In this document: piece by piece, positions 1-12,160 of the stretch
How positions within the stretch are numbered: position 1 is the stretch's first letter
Layout of the letters: the number at the start of each line of letters is the position of its first letter
Position numbers and translations under genes: made by a program
Origin: Octopus vulgaris
Lineage: Eukaryota
Direction of reading: 5' to 3'
Assembly: GCA_951406725.2 (NCBI GenBank)
Contig: OX597841.1
Location: 20,708,001-20,772,000, forward strand
DNA length: 64,000 bases
The notes under the pieces: model-generated
Databases searched by the model: none
What the model was told of the DNA's origin: nothing
What the model saw: the letters and a program-made list of their open reading frames with translations, nothing else

Positions 1-391
1 GACTGTTACCTCCCGTGTTGTTTCTGCAGCTTTTTACAGCAGCACTGAAGTGTCCTCTCCAGTTTTGCGCAGGCCTGGGCTAGAGATAAGAAAGTCCTGG
101 GTAGCCCAATCGTCAGGTTTCCTCTCTCGACCTTGCTGATGTAGTCCAAAGGAGTGCAGAGCATTACGTTTGGCACCAGCTTAGTTGCAGGAGCTGCCGG
201 AAGAGTGTCGAGTCGAACACTAAACCGCCTTCGGGGCTCCACTCTGGATTTCTTTGAAGATTGTCTCCTTTCCGTAACCCTGGATAGGGGCCCATACCGG
301 GTATTGTCAGCCGGAGCCAGCTGAGCCTGGAACTCGTGTTAGGCAGGGTCGTCACTCCCTGAAGTAGTGAAGAAGTTCGCTACCCACTTCC
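1..391 (-). mobile_element. 5' UTR of an RTE-clade LINE (element continues off the left edge)
   Basis: GC/CpG-rich block with an abrupt boundary at ~391. Minus-strand TTCCGGCAGCTCCTGCAACTAAGCTGGTGCCAAACGTAATGCTCTGCACTCCTTTGGAC resembles RTE 5' UTRs as I recall them; not database-checked. Confidence 0.55.
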
Positions 392-476
392 TTTTCAAGT
401 AATGTTAAATTATTATTAGATTTTTCATTCTTTTTCCTACGTTTGTTTTATATATTTATTTTCAACCACTAACATT

Positions 477-690
477 CATCATCATCAGCAGCAGCAGCTG
501 TCGTAGTAGCAGCAGCAATATCACTATCAGCAGTAGCAGAGGCAGTGGTAACAGCAGTAGTAATGGCAGCAGCAACAGCAGGAGCAGCGGTGGCAGGAGC
601 AGCAGCAGCAACAGTGGTAGCAATAGCAGCAGTAGTAGTGATGGCAGCAGCAGTGGCAGCAGTAGTAGTAGCAATAGCAGCAGTAGTTGG
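477..690. repeat. Cryptic (CAG/AGC/AGT/GGC)n trinucleotide low-complexity tract
   Basis: Directly visible; gives the spurious poly-Leu ORF 462..674. Confidence 0.9.
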
Positions 691-839
691 TTAGCAAGAG
701 GTAATAGAAAATAGATCTTCCAGTTTTTTTGGGGTTTTTTTTAGAATTTCTTTAAGTAAATTACTCGCTTCTCCCCTTGCTCAATTCCGACCGACCCTTG
801 TTCGCTGTGCTCCATATATTATATACTATATATATATAG

Positions 840-1360
840 GCATTATTAAATCTCTGAACGAGATGTAAACAGTAATCGCTCAACAATGTAAAGTATAAAA
901 GCCATCTCAATATGGCTAACCACAAAGGGGGGGGTGTTACTGTAGCTTTTTAGCCCCATACGGTAACCCCCCCCCTTTGTGGTTAGCCATATTGAGATGG
1001 CTTTTATACTTTACATTGTCGAGCGATTACTGTTTACATCTCGTTCAGAGATTTAATAATGCTTACAGTCAGTTTTTCGAAATCAGTGGCAGGCGTCACT
1101 AGAAAAATTCTTATATTTGCAAAGCAGGCCTTGTCTTTCATCGTGACCTGGTGGTTACCGCCCGTTGATAAGAGACAATCTCGAAACCGGTCCGTGCGTA
1201 TTACTCAGGCTTACAAGAAAGGGATGGCCTCCCTTTGCAAATACCTTAAGGGCACAGAAAGTGTGTCTAAAGCCAGCTGGAGACGATGATCTCCTGGGGC
1301 TAAAAAGCTACAGTAACCCCCCCCTTTGTGGTTAGCCATATTGAGATGGCTTTTATACTT

Positions 1361-1364
<4 letters not shown>
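840..1364 (+). mobile_element. Non-autonomous PLE pLTR / retrozyme-like unit with inverted 5' copy
   Basis: Direct repeat 963-1015 = 1313-1364 (350-nt period); 840-958 is an inverted copy; flanked by TA microsatellites; contains a hammerhead motif. Confidence 0.7.
1159..1198 (+). ncRNA. Type I hammerhead ribozyme motif, U3-A8 core variant
   Basis: CGCCCG-UUGAUAA-GAGA(CAA)UCUC-GAAA-CCGG-UC-CGUGCG: stem I with one mismatch, 4-bp stem II, palindromic stem III, GUC triplet. Confidence 0.65.
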
Positions 1365-1408
<44 letters not shown>

Positions 1409-1410
<2 letters not shown>

Positions 1411-2289
1411 GGGTAGGCCAAAATTAGTGCCCCAACTTCATGTGTCCCAATTATATGACTATTAGTTCTGTAGTTTCTTGATGCATGCTGTAATTATTTC
1501 TATATGTCACTGATTATTTGATGTGTTGAATTTTGTGAGAGAATACTGGCAGAAGTCAGAGATTCCAAATTTTCTGATCAACTCATTATCTCTGATGAAG
1601 CGACCTTCCATGTTTCCGGTCCCATCAACTGCCATAACTGCTTCTTTTATTCAGAAGATGACACTGAAGTGGTTTGGGAAAAGTACGTCAATTCACCTAC
1701 TCTTCTCGTCTTCAGGACTTTGTGCATTCCATACTCAATGAGTGATGATGAATGGTGATCATTACCTGGCGTTGTGTGAGAACATCATCTGGCTGCATTT
1801 TCGATGCTGCCATTCCAAAATCTTTGTGCAAGATGGAGCACCTCTTCATTATGACAAACATGTAAGAAACTTCCTCGATGAACACCTACGAAATCGTTGA
1901 ATTGGACATCATGGCAGCTTTTGTGAATATCCAGCAAGGTCTCTGGATTTAACTGTGTGACTTTTTTTCTCTGGGATAGCTCAGAGATCAAGTCTACAAG
2001 GAAACGATCCATAATTTGAACCAACTGGAACAACAAGCAACTGTAGGTCTCAGTCACCTTACCAAACCAGTGTGTCAAAATACATTCGCCAATGTTGCCA
2101 GGCATTATGAGTTGTGCATAGCAACGAATGGCCATCACTTTGAATGACCTGTCAAATTGATGTTCTCTTCATATTTCCTGTAAAATTTGTGGGTTCATGT
2201 GGGTACATGTTCATTTTTTTCACTTTCATTACACTTCATGTATTTTTTTTCAAAAACACAAGTTGGGGCACTAATTTTGGTCCACCCTC
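1409..2289 (+). mobile_element. Tc1/mariner element, internally deleted and decayed
   Basis: ~30-bp TIRs CAGGGTAGGCCAAAATTAGTGCCCCAACTT / AAGTTGGGGCACTAATTTTGGTCCACCCTC then TA; remnants SDEATFHVSG, DGAPLHY, YPARSLDL. Confidence 0.9.
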
Positions 2290-2303
2290 TAATATATATG
2301 TGT

Positions 2304-2630
2304 GAAGGCGCATGGTTCAGTAGTTGGGCTTAAAATTGTGAGGTTGTGAGTTCGATTCTCGGACTGGGCTGCGTGTTGTGTTCTTGAGCAAGACACTTTA
2401 TTTCACGTTGCTTCAGTTCATGCAGCTGTAGAAATGAGTTGCGACGTCACTGGTGCCAAGCTGTATCGACATTTGCCCTTCCCTTGGATAACATCAGTGG
2501 CGTGGAGAGGGGAGGCTGGTATGCATGGGCAACTGCTAGTGTTCCATAAACAATCTTACCTGGACTTGTGCCTCAGAGGGTAACTTTGTAGGGGCAATCC
2601 TATGGTCATTCATGACTGAGGGGGGTCCCC
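2304..2630 (+). mobile_element. tRNA-headed SINE
   Basis: A-box/B-box head (TGGTTCAGTAG...GAGTTCGATTCTC); same family as 26470-26806. Confidence 0.85.
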
Positions 2631-3619
2631 GATATATAAAGTAAGCAAATGTCTACATAGTAACTCAAGCTAGCAGAAATAACAGTAGCTAAATCTCTCT
2701 CAAATCACACTCATATATATATATATATATGTATATATATACACACACCAACAAGTGAGATTCAAGGTAGCCAGACCTGATAGAAACAGCAACCAAATCC
2801 CATGAATCACACTTTAATGTCCTATGTATCTACGAACCAATAAAGAAGACCTCTACTGGACAGCTAGACTTGATAGAAATAATAGCAAAATCTCCATCAA
2901 ATTGTTATATTTTATGACATGGTATTCTAACACTTTACAGAATGAGAAGGTTTTATCCTTCTACTGACACAAGAGTGATTGGCTCTGACAGGATTAACAT
3001 TCTCTATCTTGAATTAGTTTTTATTCAGAGTTATTCATCCCGTGGTGTGTTATCTGCACAAGTATGTATGTATACACACACACATGCCTCCTTATATGAA
3101 GGAATTTATGAATAAGACTTGGGTTCCACAAGATTGTGCAGGTAACATACTATTACCAATCAAAACAGTATGTTCAAAATAGCAATCTGTAAATCATACT
3201 TAAAGCAAATATATTGTATTCATCCTGAGAAAATATCTCTTATAGATGTACAGAGTTAAAAAACACAGAAATACCTCAGTTACAGACAAAAATCGTCCAG
3301 TTGCAGCAGTGACATTGCTAAAAACACATTTCTACTTTTTTCAGCTTCATCAGCAGCAAATATCTACTGGCACTGCATGCTAAGTGTAAATTAGCCACTA
3401 CTTGATATAGTTAAACAGTGATTGAAAAGTCATTGATATTGCATGTGTGTGTGCAAATAAATCCTATACATACAAATATACAATCTACACACACACACAT
3501 ACATTTATGCATACATATAGACACTCACACATACACATATTTATTTATGTATGTATGTATGTGTGTATGTATGTATATATGTACGTACGTACGTATGTAT
3601 GTTACTGATACCACCTAGA

Positions 3620-4240
3620 AGAAGGTACTTCTTTTCCACTCACCAAAGTGAAATCAGCTTTGGCCAGGAAGACTTGATGTCATCAGATAGTATACAACAA
3701 TCGTCAGATGTTTCAAGCCCAAAATATAACATTCTCCTTTTGGTGGGTCAGCAAAAGTGGCCAAATCACTGCTCAACACCCCCCTCTTGATTTCCAGCTT
3801 AAATCCTCTCTCTTGCTTTATAACCAGCAAGAAGTCTTTCTGCTGCCTCTCCCATTCTGCTCACAGCCACCTTTCACGCTTTTCCTCTCATGCTGTAAGC
3901 ATGCTTCATACTGACTGGACTGAGAATCCCCTAGAGCCAACCTCAGCTATCCTTTCTTCCTGCAATCCTGCAGAAGGCTCACTTGGCACACTTCCATTCG
4001 AAAGCTTACCATGTAAGCTTGTTGAAGATTATTTACCTTGCTTTTTCAGACCATAAAACTACATCTGGCCTTGGTGTTGTATGAACAACCTGGGGAAACT
4101 GCAGCTTTTCTCCCAGGTCCACTTTCATATCCCATGATTGGGCTCCATGGAATAGGCTATTTGACCTTTTGCTGCCTTCACTGGATTTTTCTCTTTCACA
4201 AACTTGATTGATGGTGTTTCTTGAGCCTTACCTCTTCCAC
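3620..4240 (-). mobile_element. 3' fragment of an RLE-endonuclease LINE (HERO/R2-like)
   Basis: Minus-strand translation WDMKVDLGEKLQFPQVVHTTPRPDVVLWSEK shows the RPD motif of restriction-like endonuclease LINEs; frameshifted. Confidence 0.7.
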
Positions 4241-5039
4241 AAATTAATGTATGTATGGAACTTTAAATATGTGTTTACAAATGGTGAAAGCATACTCAAT
4301 ACCACAAATAGAATGTATATATTATTTTAGTAACTGAAATTATGGATTTGGTACCAACATTTGGAATACTAGACTGGGCAGTTGTGGAGATTCAGATTAA
4401 CCACCACAAGTGAGTTCCACATCAACAGTGACACCAACAGGATTAATGATAAATAAAGGAACGAGCAGGGGCAGATTGCCTTTTAATGTCACTTAGGCAA
4501 CAAACGGCGAAATGAGTATATTGCAAGCATACTCAACAGTGATAATAGCACCATGAGAAGTTTAGAATAGGGTACAGTTGTGCCACATGCCCCAAAGGGT
4601 AGCTGGCTTAACCTATTAAATAGAAATTTACAGGAACAACTCCCATCGTATCAGTAAAAAGTGAGAGAAGTCTGTGCTGGTTTGGTCATGTGATGCATGT
4701 GGATGAGGACAGCTCCATAAATAAGTGCTGAGCTCTAATTGTGAATCTCCTTACTTTTGTGGAAATCATTTTACAAAAACTAAAATTTGAAATATGTTCC
4801 AAAAGTGTCTTGAAATTTGCAATCAAAATAAGAAGAAAAAAAAATCAATCAAGTGGATATCGGTCAGAAATTGTCATAATAAAGTGTCAAATACGTCAGC
4901 AGTCTTTAAAATACTTGCCTAATTTACAGCTAATTTGACAGCACATACTAAATGAACAACTGTTGAAACTCCTCAGCATATAGCAGTAATTAATGTTCAA
5001 TATCTCATTTGAGCCAACAATAGTTACAACATCCAGCTG

Positions 5040-5340
5040 TGAAACAAATAATTTAGATCTGTAAAAAGAAGAGTCAAAAGTCTAAATTGAATTTATGACC
5101 ATGGAATATATGGTCATGACCTATCAACAACCTGCACAAAAAGCTTCACAAGGTACTACCTTCCCATGAGACATGACATTGCCCAAACCATTTACAATGC
5201 ACTCAGAAGAAAGGACTGTCCTGACAATCAAATGAAAGGCACACCAGAACCAGAACGTATCCACTTGTTTGAAAATAAAGAATAATGATGGAACAGCTCA
5301 CTAACAACAGCAATGCAAACACAATATTGTTCTTTGGAAG
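5040..5340 (+). mobile_element. RLE-type LINE fragment (R4/Dong-like)
   Basis: YYLPMRHDIAQTIYNALRRKDC contains the RHD motif that follows the CCHC knuckle in RLE LINEs; heavily decayed. Confidence 0.55.
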
Positions 5341-5625
5341 AAAAGTCATCAAATGTGGAAGTTAAATCCTGGCAAATGTGAAGGTATGGAGGCATGATGC
5401 ATTAATGAAGAATTTGAGCTCTTATTAGATTTTCTTTCATACCTACTGCTTGGATACATCAGCCTATATAACAACAGATGTACATAAAATCTTGTAATCA
5501 CTGTTTTTATGCATAGTAAACTGACACGGACTGCCTAAATCTGATCAATTAGTGAGAGTGAGAAATTTTTAAACATTTCAAAAATTGCCTATTTGAATTT
5601 CTTGAAATGAACACAATCATTTAAG

Positions 5626-5839
<214 letters not shown>

Positions 5840-6539
5840 AAGAAGCTTGCACAATCGTTACATAAGTGGGGTATATAGACACAGGCACCTACCTATGTAC
5901 ACACAACTCATTCACATCTTGGAACTAAAAATATACATGCACAAAGGTATAATTTGAAGGAAATTTAGAAGATATTTGTTACAGGTTGTGACATAAAGCA
6001 AAGGAAAAGAAAGGAAGAAGTGAAATAAAACAGGAGAGGAGTGTGGGCTAGCATGCTAAGTCTAAACTAATTTGTGTCTTAACTTTAATCAGCAGCTGCA
6101 AGATACAGCATTGAGACCTCCTGTTCCCATCACCCTCATTAACCAGTCAGTGGTGAATTATATGAATCAAACAGACAGCCTCTCTCAAACTGCATAAAAT
6201 AGCTATCAAATCTCTCTCAAACTGCCTTATATATACAAGAGTGTGCTGAAAAGTTCCTGGCTTTGGGTAAAGGAAAATACAGGAGAATCAATTACTTGTA
6301 GGGACATGGTATTTCATTGTGAAACCATAATACAAAGTATATTAAACATTTCTATAAGTCTGTATTTGGCTGTGTTAGCAGTGCTATCAAATCACTTGTT
6401 AAGGTTATCTCCACAGATTTTCTCTAGAAATTACAGCCAGCAGTGATTTTATTCAGCATATTCCCCTCTCAAATTTACATACTTATTGCAGAGGTCCTCC
6501 TTAAAACCAGGAACTTTCAGCACCCCCTCATATATATAT

Positions 6540-8300
6540 AATAGTATAAACCTATACAGCGGTATTAATAAAACTAAAGTCACCCAACCAACTAATATGA
6601 ACCCTAATAATAGCAATAAAACTAGGCCTTTGGACCCTACGATAATAACACCAATAGGGCAGAGAAAAGTAACATGAAAGTGAAACATAACTCTAGATCT
6701 AACCAAGGTACATACATCCATAACTTCACACAAATCACTAACAAGGAGGGAAGCTTCTACACTAGGGAAAACAACACAAAAAACAAACAAAATAGAGATA
6801 ATATCTGGCTCGTAATTCCCCACACCATGCACCTCAAATCAAATATAGTTCGCTCATTAATGAAAATCATAGACAAACACCTAAACGTTAATAATAAATA
6901 CACAGAATTATTTAGGAACAAAATCAGAATAGGTCACAGTCTGATTAATAACTTAGCCACACTAATAGCCTCAATGAATAATAAAAAAACTTGACAAATT
7001 CTATGAAACTAGAAAAATAGTGAACAATAAAAGTAATAACCAACCAACTAATAGGACCAAGCCCCCCCCCCCCCACTAACGCAACACCTCCTGCCTACTT
7101 AGGTACAGACCTGAATAATAATTGCCCTCAATACAACATGGACGTAGATACACCTAATTATTTATGCGCTTGTAGGGATAGAACAAAGTGCCATTTCTCA
7201 AATAGATGTAAGACAAATAACATAGTTTACCAATGTGACATCCGCACAAACAACCAGACAAAATCATACATAGGTGCAACTAAGAACCATATGGTTTTCA
7301 GATATAATACGCATCTATCCAGCTTCAGAAATAGGAATAAGGCTAACTCAACAGGCTTTAGTGCATACATTTGGGAACTTAAGGATAAAAAAATAGATTT
7401 TAGCTTGAACTGGCGTATACTCACAAAAACAACTTCTTACAACACCGCAAATAGACACTGCAATCTCTGCCTATCAGAACGCCTAGCTATACTTACGGCT
7501 AAGCAAACACTTCTCAACAGAAAATTTGAGAACAAACTTTGTCTTCACGTGGGCCTTTATGTATTTTTGAAATACCGGTAGAAAAGCCTCTCTTGTCTTC
7601 ACGCAGCCCTCTATGCCTTCATAATCCCTAACTAGAATGCTCATCTATATAAGTCTAACTAACAGGGTAACACATGAAACACACGAATAGCCACCCTGCA
7701 AACTCACTTGCCCCAAACATTCCATAATAATACACTTTGCAAATACACAGGGCCCCGCCTAGCATTAAGAACTTCCTAAATTCTAGCAATAAGACAATTA
7801 TGAGCCATAACACATCTTCAAACCATCCAAAATTTGGTAAGCTCCCTTCTCACCCTGCTAGAGTTACCCCCTTCACTTACACTACCGGTGCCAAAAGCTA
7901 TACAACAAGATACGCACTTTAGAAAAAATGTGCTTAATTAAACGAGGTAACCTGCACCTAAATAATACTCACCCCACCCTAATTACCCAATGAAACTAAC
8001 CAATCTACCACAAGCAAACCTCTACCCAGCGAATTTACCAGTGCAAGAGCAAAATTTAATGTAAGAATTACCACTTTTATTTACATTACCATCACATATT
8101 TATCAATTATGTTCGCATCCTAACCGATGCATCTATCTATACTTGCATTCTGAAGAGATTTACTTACTCCAATAAATTGAAACGATCGTAAATGCCTCTC
8201 ACATCTCTGCTTCTTCCTTCTTTGTTACCTATTTAATTAAAGACATAACAGCGTAAATCATGCGTTTCCGTTTGTATATCCATTTTTTTTCTCTTACATA
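6540..8300 (+). mobile_element. Penelope-like element, 5'-truncated: RT C-terminus, GIY-YIG endonuclease, pLTR
   Basis: ORF 7138..7581 CACRDRTKC...NIVYQC...YIGAT...RYNTHLSSFR...CNLCLSE...LLN is a PLE GIY-YIG domain; hammerhead downstream at 8145; ends at a TA repeat. Confidence 0.9.
8145..8195 (+). ncRNA. Type I hammerhead ribozyme motif (canonical core)
   Basis: GCAUU-CUGAAGA-GAUUUA(CUUACUCCAA)UAAAUU-GAAA-CGAUCG-UA-AAUGC; predicted cleavage after 8190. Confidence 0.85.
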
Positions 8301-10326
8301 TATATATATATATATATATACATAAGCTAATGGGGAAGACCTCTTCATGGTAGTGAGACTGGGTAGAAGAAACAGCTAATCTACTTCAAATCAACTCCTA
8401 CAGTCTTGTGTATGTATATAAGTTTATATGATCTAATGAAGAAGACTTTTAATTGGCAGCTAAACCTGATAGAAACTGCAACCAAATTTCCCTGAAATGA
8501 TATCCTCCTCCCAAACACACACACACACACACGCTCACACATCAAACACAAACAACAGGTGCCTGGAGAAAGAACTACAAGGCCAGCATCACGGGCTTGA
8601 ATAGAGTAACAAAAACATATTGGAATGACTGGGAACACCTTCAAAGAAAGATATACACAGCATTTGGCTTTGTTCAGAGACAAAAACAAAAACACACAAC
8701 ATCCCTATCCAATATGGTATGGACATTTAAAGAGAGAAGCATGATCACCCCCCCCCCCCGATAAATTGGAGCATTATTGCTAAGGCCAACAAATACAGGG
8801 GGACTGGGCAACAAATGATAGCTTTGCATCACTGAAAAATTAAACATTATTGCATCAAAAGTGAATATAGCAAATATTAGCGATGAAAGCTCCCCCCGCA
8901 TGCATAAGCAACATTTCACACTCAGAAATTTCAAGCAGAACATTCTCCCACCACCTATTTTGCCACCACTTTAACCTGAATAGATTTTTTATTCTCTGAA
9001 CATCAATTATATACATTATACATATTTACATTCCCATATAACAGTTAAGAACATCACCATTATTGTATTACGCATGCGTGGAAGTGTTTGTTCGACTAGG
9101 TGCTGCTGGCTTAAGTACGCACAACTCAAGTTAGAGAAGTGGTGCGTATTATACACATGGTTTAGGTTTTTCAGAGGTACAGCCCCCTAAAAATCCCCTG
9201 CGTATTTTACTCAAGGACAGACTATATTCGAGGTTTTACGGTACTTACTGTTGCCTTGCCTTCCATTCCTGTAATTTCAGCACTAACATTGACAGGACAC
9301 AGCATTTATAATTTCATTGCACTATTACTTACTGATATTCCTAATCAAAAAAATGTCTACGAAAAAAAGATCGTCAAAAAACAAACACCAAACAAACACA
9401 CGACGTGCAATGCTTTCTCTATATCTCCTATTATGCTATTGCCTAATTTGTTTCAACAGAGATCCTACAATGGTGCAACCCTAATTGTGCACTGACACAG
9501 CTTTTGTAATTTCATTCCACTCCTGCTTACTGATATTCCTAATTAAAATATGTCTACTAAAAAAAGACCGTCAAAAAATGAACACCAAACAAACACACTA
9601 CATGCAATGCTTTTCTAATAAAAGTGATGTTCCACTTGATCTGCAGCCTTTTCAGTGCCATCACAGTCAACTGGATTCCATAAAGCTGCCTGAGAAACAG
9701 TAAAAGTAATTGCCCAATCAACATGTATTGCTGCTAGTATATTTATAAATGAAAGTAGAAAGTTAAAAATTGATGAAATACTGTTTATTCTGATAAAATA
9801 TTCTATACATATAAATACATGCACACATACAGATGTTATCAACCAATTATTCTTATCAAAATTAATGGGTTGCATAGTCTTTATTTGCTTAATGTTATCA
9901 GCCTGTTACTGCTATTGAAAGGTTTCTTACAAAAGTAATCACAATAAGTGGTTTTTATTTTGTCTCTATCTTTCTACCTTTCTGTATATCTATCTGTCTG
10001 ACTCTATTTTTTTTAATTAATTGGTGGCAGAGATACACTTTATTGTAATTAGAATACTACTTGAAACAGAGAGAGAAAGGGGCGGATGGTGGCATGTAGA
10101 TTTAATCTATTTTGTAGAAAATATTCAATGGTTTGTGTTGGTCTCTTTACAAGTATTTTGGTTTCGTTTTTTATACACATATGTTTGTGTGGTTATGAAA
10201 TCACCTATCATCTTTAAATTAATTTCTTTATGGGTCATTATCTTTAAGAAACCTACTTTTTGAAATTAATTGTACAGATAGCAGAATCCACTTCTATATT
10301 TTTTATTGATTTCTATTGTGTGTGTA

Positions 10327-11528
10327 TTGGGTCATCCCATAAATAATGCAGTTTTTCATATTTTTATTTTTCAAAATCAAAATGTAGTTCTGTTTTTAAT
10401 TTAAAATATATTCTCCTTCATTTTCTACAATGTTCTTCCATCTATCTGGTTAGGCTCGTCTCCCAAAATTCACTTGTCCATGATGAAAAATACTCCTCAA
10501 CTAGAGAATTCATATTTTTTCATCTAAATGATTATGAAAACTGCGGAATAAATGATAATCAGATGGGGCAATGTCCAGCAAATATGGTGGGTGGGGCATT
10601 GTTTCCCATTCAAACTGCTCCAGCCTTTGGAACATCATCCTTGCTGTATGTAGCCGAGCATTATCCTGATGGACAAACACCTTTCATCTTGCAACCAAAG
10701 ATAGTCATTTTTCTTCTAGCACTGATTTAAGTCACTCAAGCTGCTTGCAGTAGATCTCCTTTATCATTTGGTTTAAGTTTAAAAGTTCAAAGTGGACTAA
10801 ACCTTTCGTATCCCACCAAACAGATAACAGCTTACATGGGTGAAGCCTTCTTTAGCCTGATGTGCAAGTGTTTCTCCTTCCCCTACCCACTGTCTTTGCT
10901 GCTTGACATTTTTATAAAGAACTCATTTCTCCTCACCATTTACTATTCAGTCCAAAAAAAGGTTAATTCACGAGATGTGAATTAAGAAGAGCACACATTC
11001 ACTCTCTGCACACAATTAGACTCAGAAAGTTTGTGAGGAACCCATTGATCCAATTTGCTAACTTTTCCGATGGCACAAAGGTGTCAATGAATGGTTAAAT
11101 GACCAAATCCAAGTTTTTCTGCTAGTTCCTCAACAGTTATGATGGACTTTTGTTCCAGGGTTTGCAGGATGTCCTCATTGGGCTCTACAGATCTTCCAGG
11201 ACAAGGCTTATCTTCTAGGCTGCAGTGTCTGGCTTGGAACTTATAGAACCACCGTTGACACTGGCTTATGCTTATATCCTGCATTAATATTCCTTGCACT
11301 TTTCTTTGCGTTGTTGCCTTTGCTGAATATGTTCTTTTGTCACTTCCATTAGAGCTCTGAAAAGATAATTGTTAAAATCGAACTGTACTCTTCAAAACTT
11401 GTACTAAGAATAAGAACAAGGTAAAATTACTACCAGCTTTTATAGGACATTGATGCAGATACTTTATCCCGAATCCCTCCAACTTTTAGTTCATGCAGTT
11501 GACAAACCACAATATTTAGAGGATGATC

Positions 11529-11531
<3 letters not shown>
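10327..11531 (-). mobile_element. Mariner element (decayed transposase)
   Basis: Diverged TIRs TTGGGTCATCCCATAAATAATGC / CAATATTTAGAGGATGATCCCA with TA flanks; HTH region QRWFYKF..SLEDKPCPGR..ITVEELAEKLG and PHPPY..DIAPSDYHLFRS. Confidence 0.9.
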
Positions 11532-11583
<52 letters not shown>

Positions 11584-11849
11584 CGAAAAGCTTCTTTCAG
11601 TTTCCATCTACCAAATCTACATACAAGGGTTTGGTCGGGCTGAAGCTATAGTAGAAGACTCTTGTCCAAGGTGCCACACAGTGGCACTGAACCTGGAACC
11701 ATGTAGTTGGGAAGCAAGCTTCTTACCACACTGCTATGCTTACACCTATATATATATATATATCACATCATACGCACTAATACTCTCTCATACACACACA
11801 CACACACACACACACCCTTTTGTTGGAGCAGGTCACTCAACCCTATTAT

Positions 11850-12127
11850 CAACCCTATTATCTCCCCTAATTTCGCTCTCGCGTCTCATGTTTGATCTTT
11901 GACCGCTGGCCGAAATCAGATCGCCATGTTGATTCGTTAGTTACTGCACGCATTTTTTTCTCTCCTTCTTTCTGTATTTTTTTCTCTGTGTATCTTTCTG
12001 TTGAAGAGCGTAGGCTCGAAACGTTAAAGACTTGTTTTATTTATATTTCCTGAGCGCCATACTAATACAATTGTTTGTTTGTTTTCCACCTGCCTTCGTC
12101 TTTTGTTTATTTTCATAAAGCTTCCCG

Positions 12128-12160
<33 letters not shown>

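Noticed and set aside
280-350. Twister ribozyme suggested by GCCTAACAC and CCGG...CCGG (minus)
   Set aside because: The L4 consensus and the pseudoknot partners are missing.
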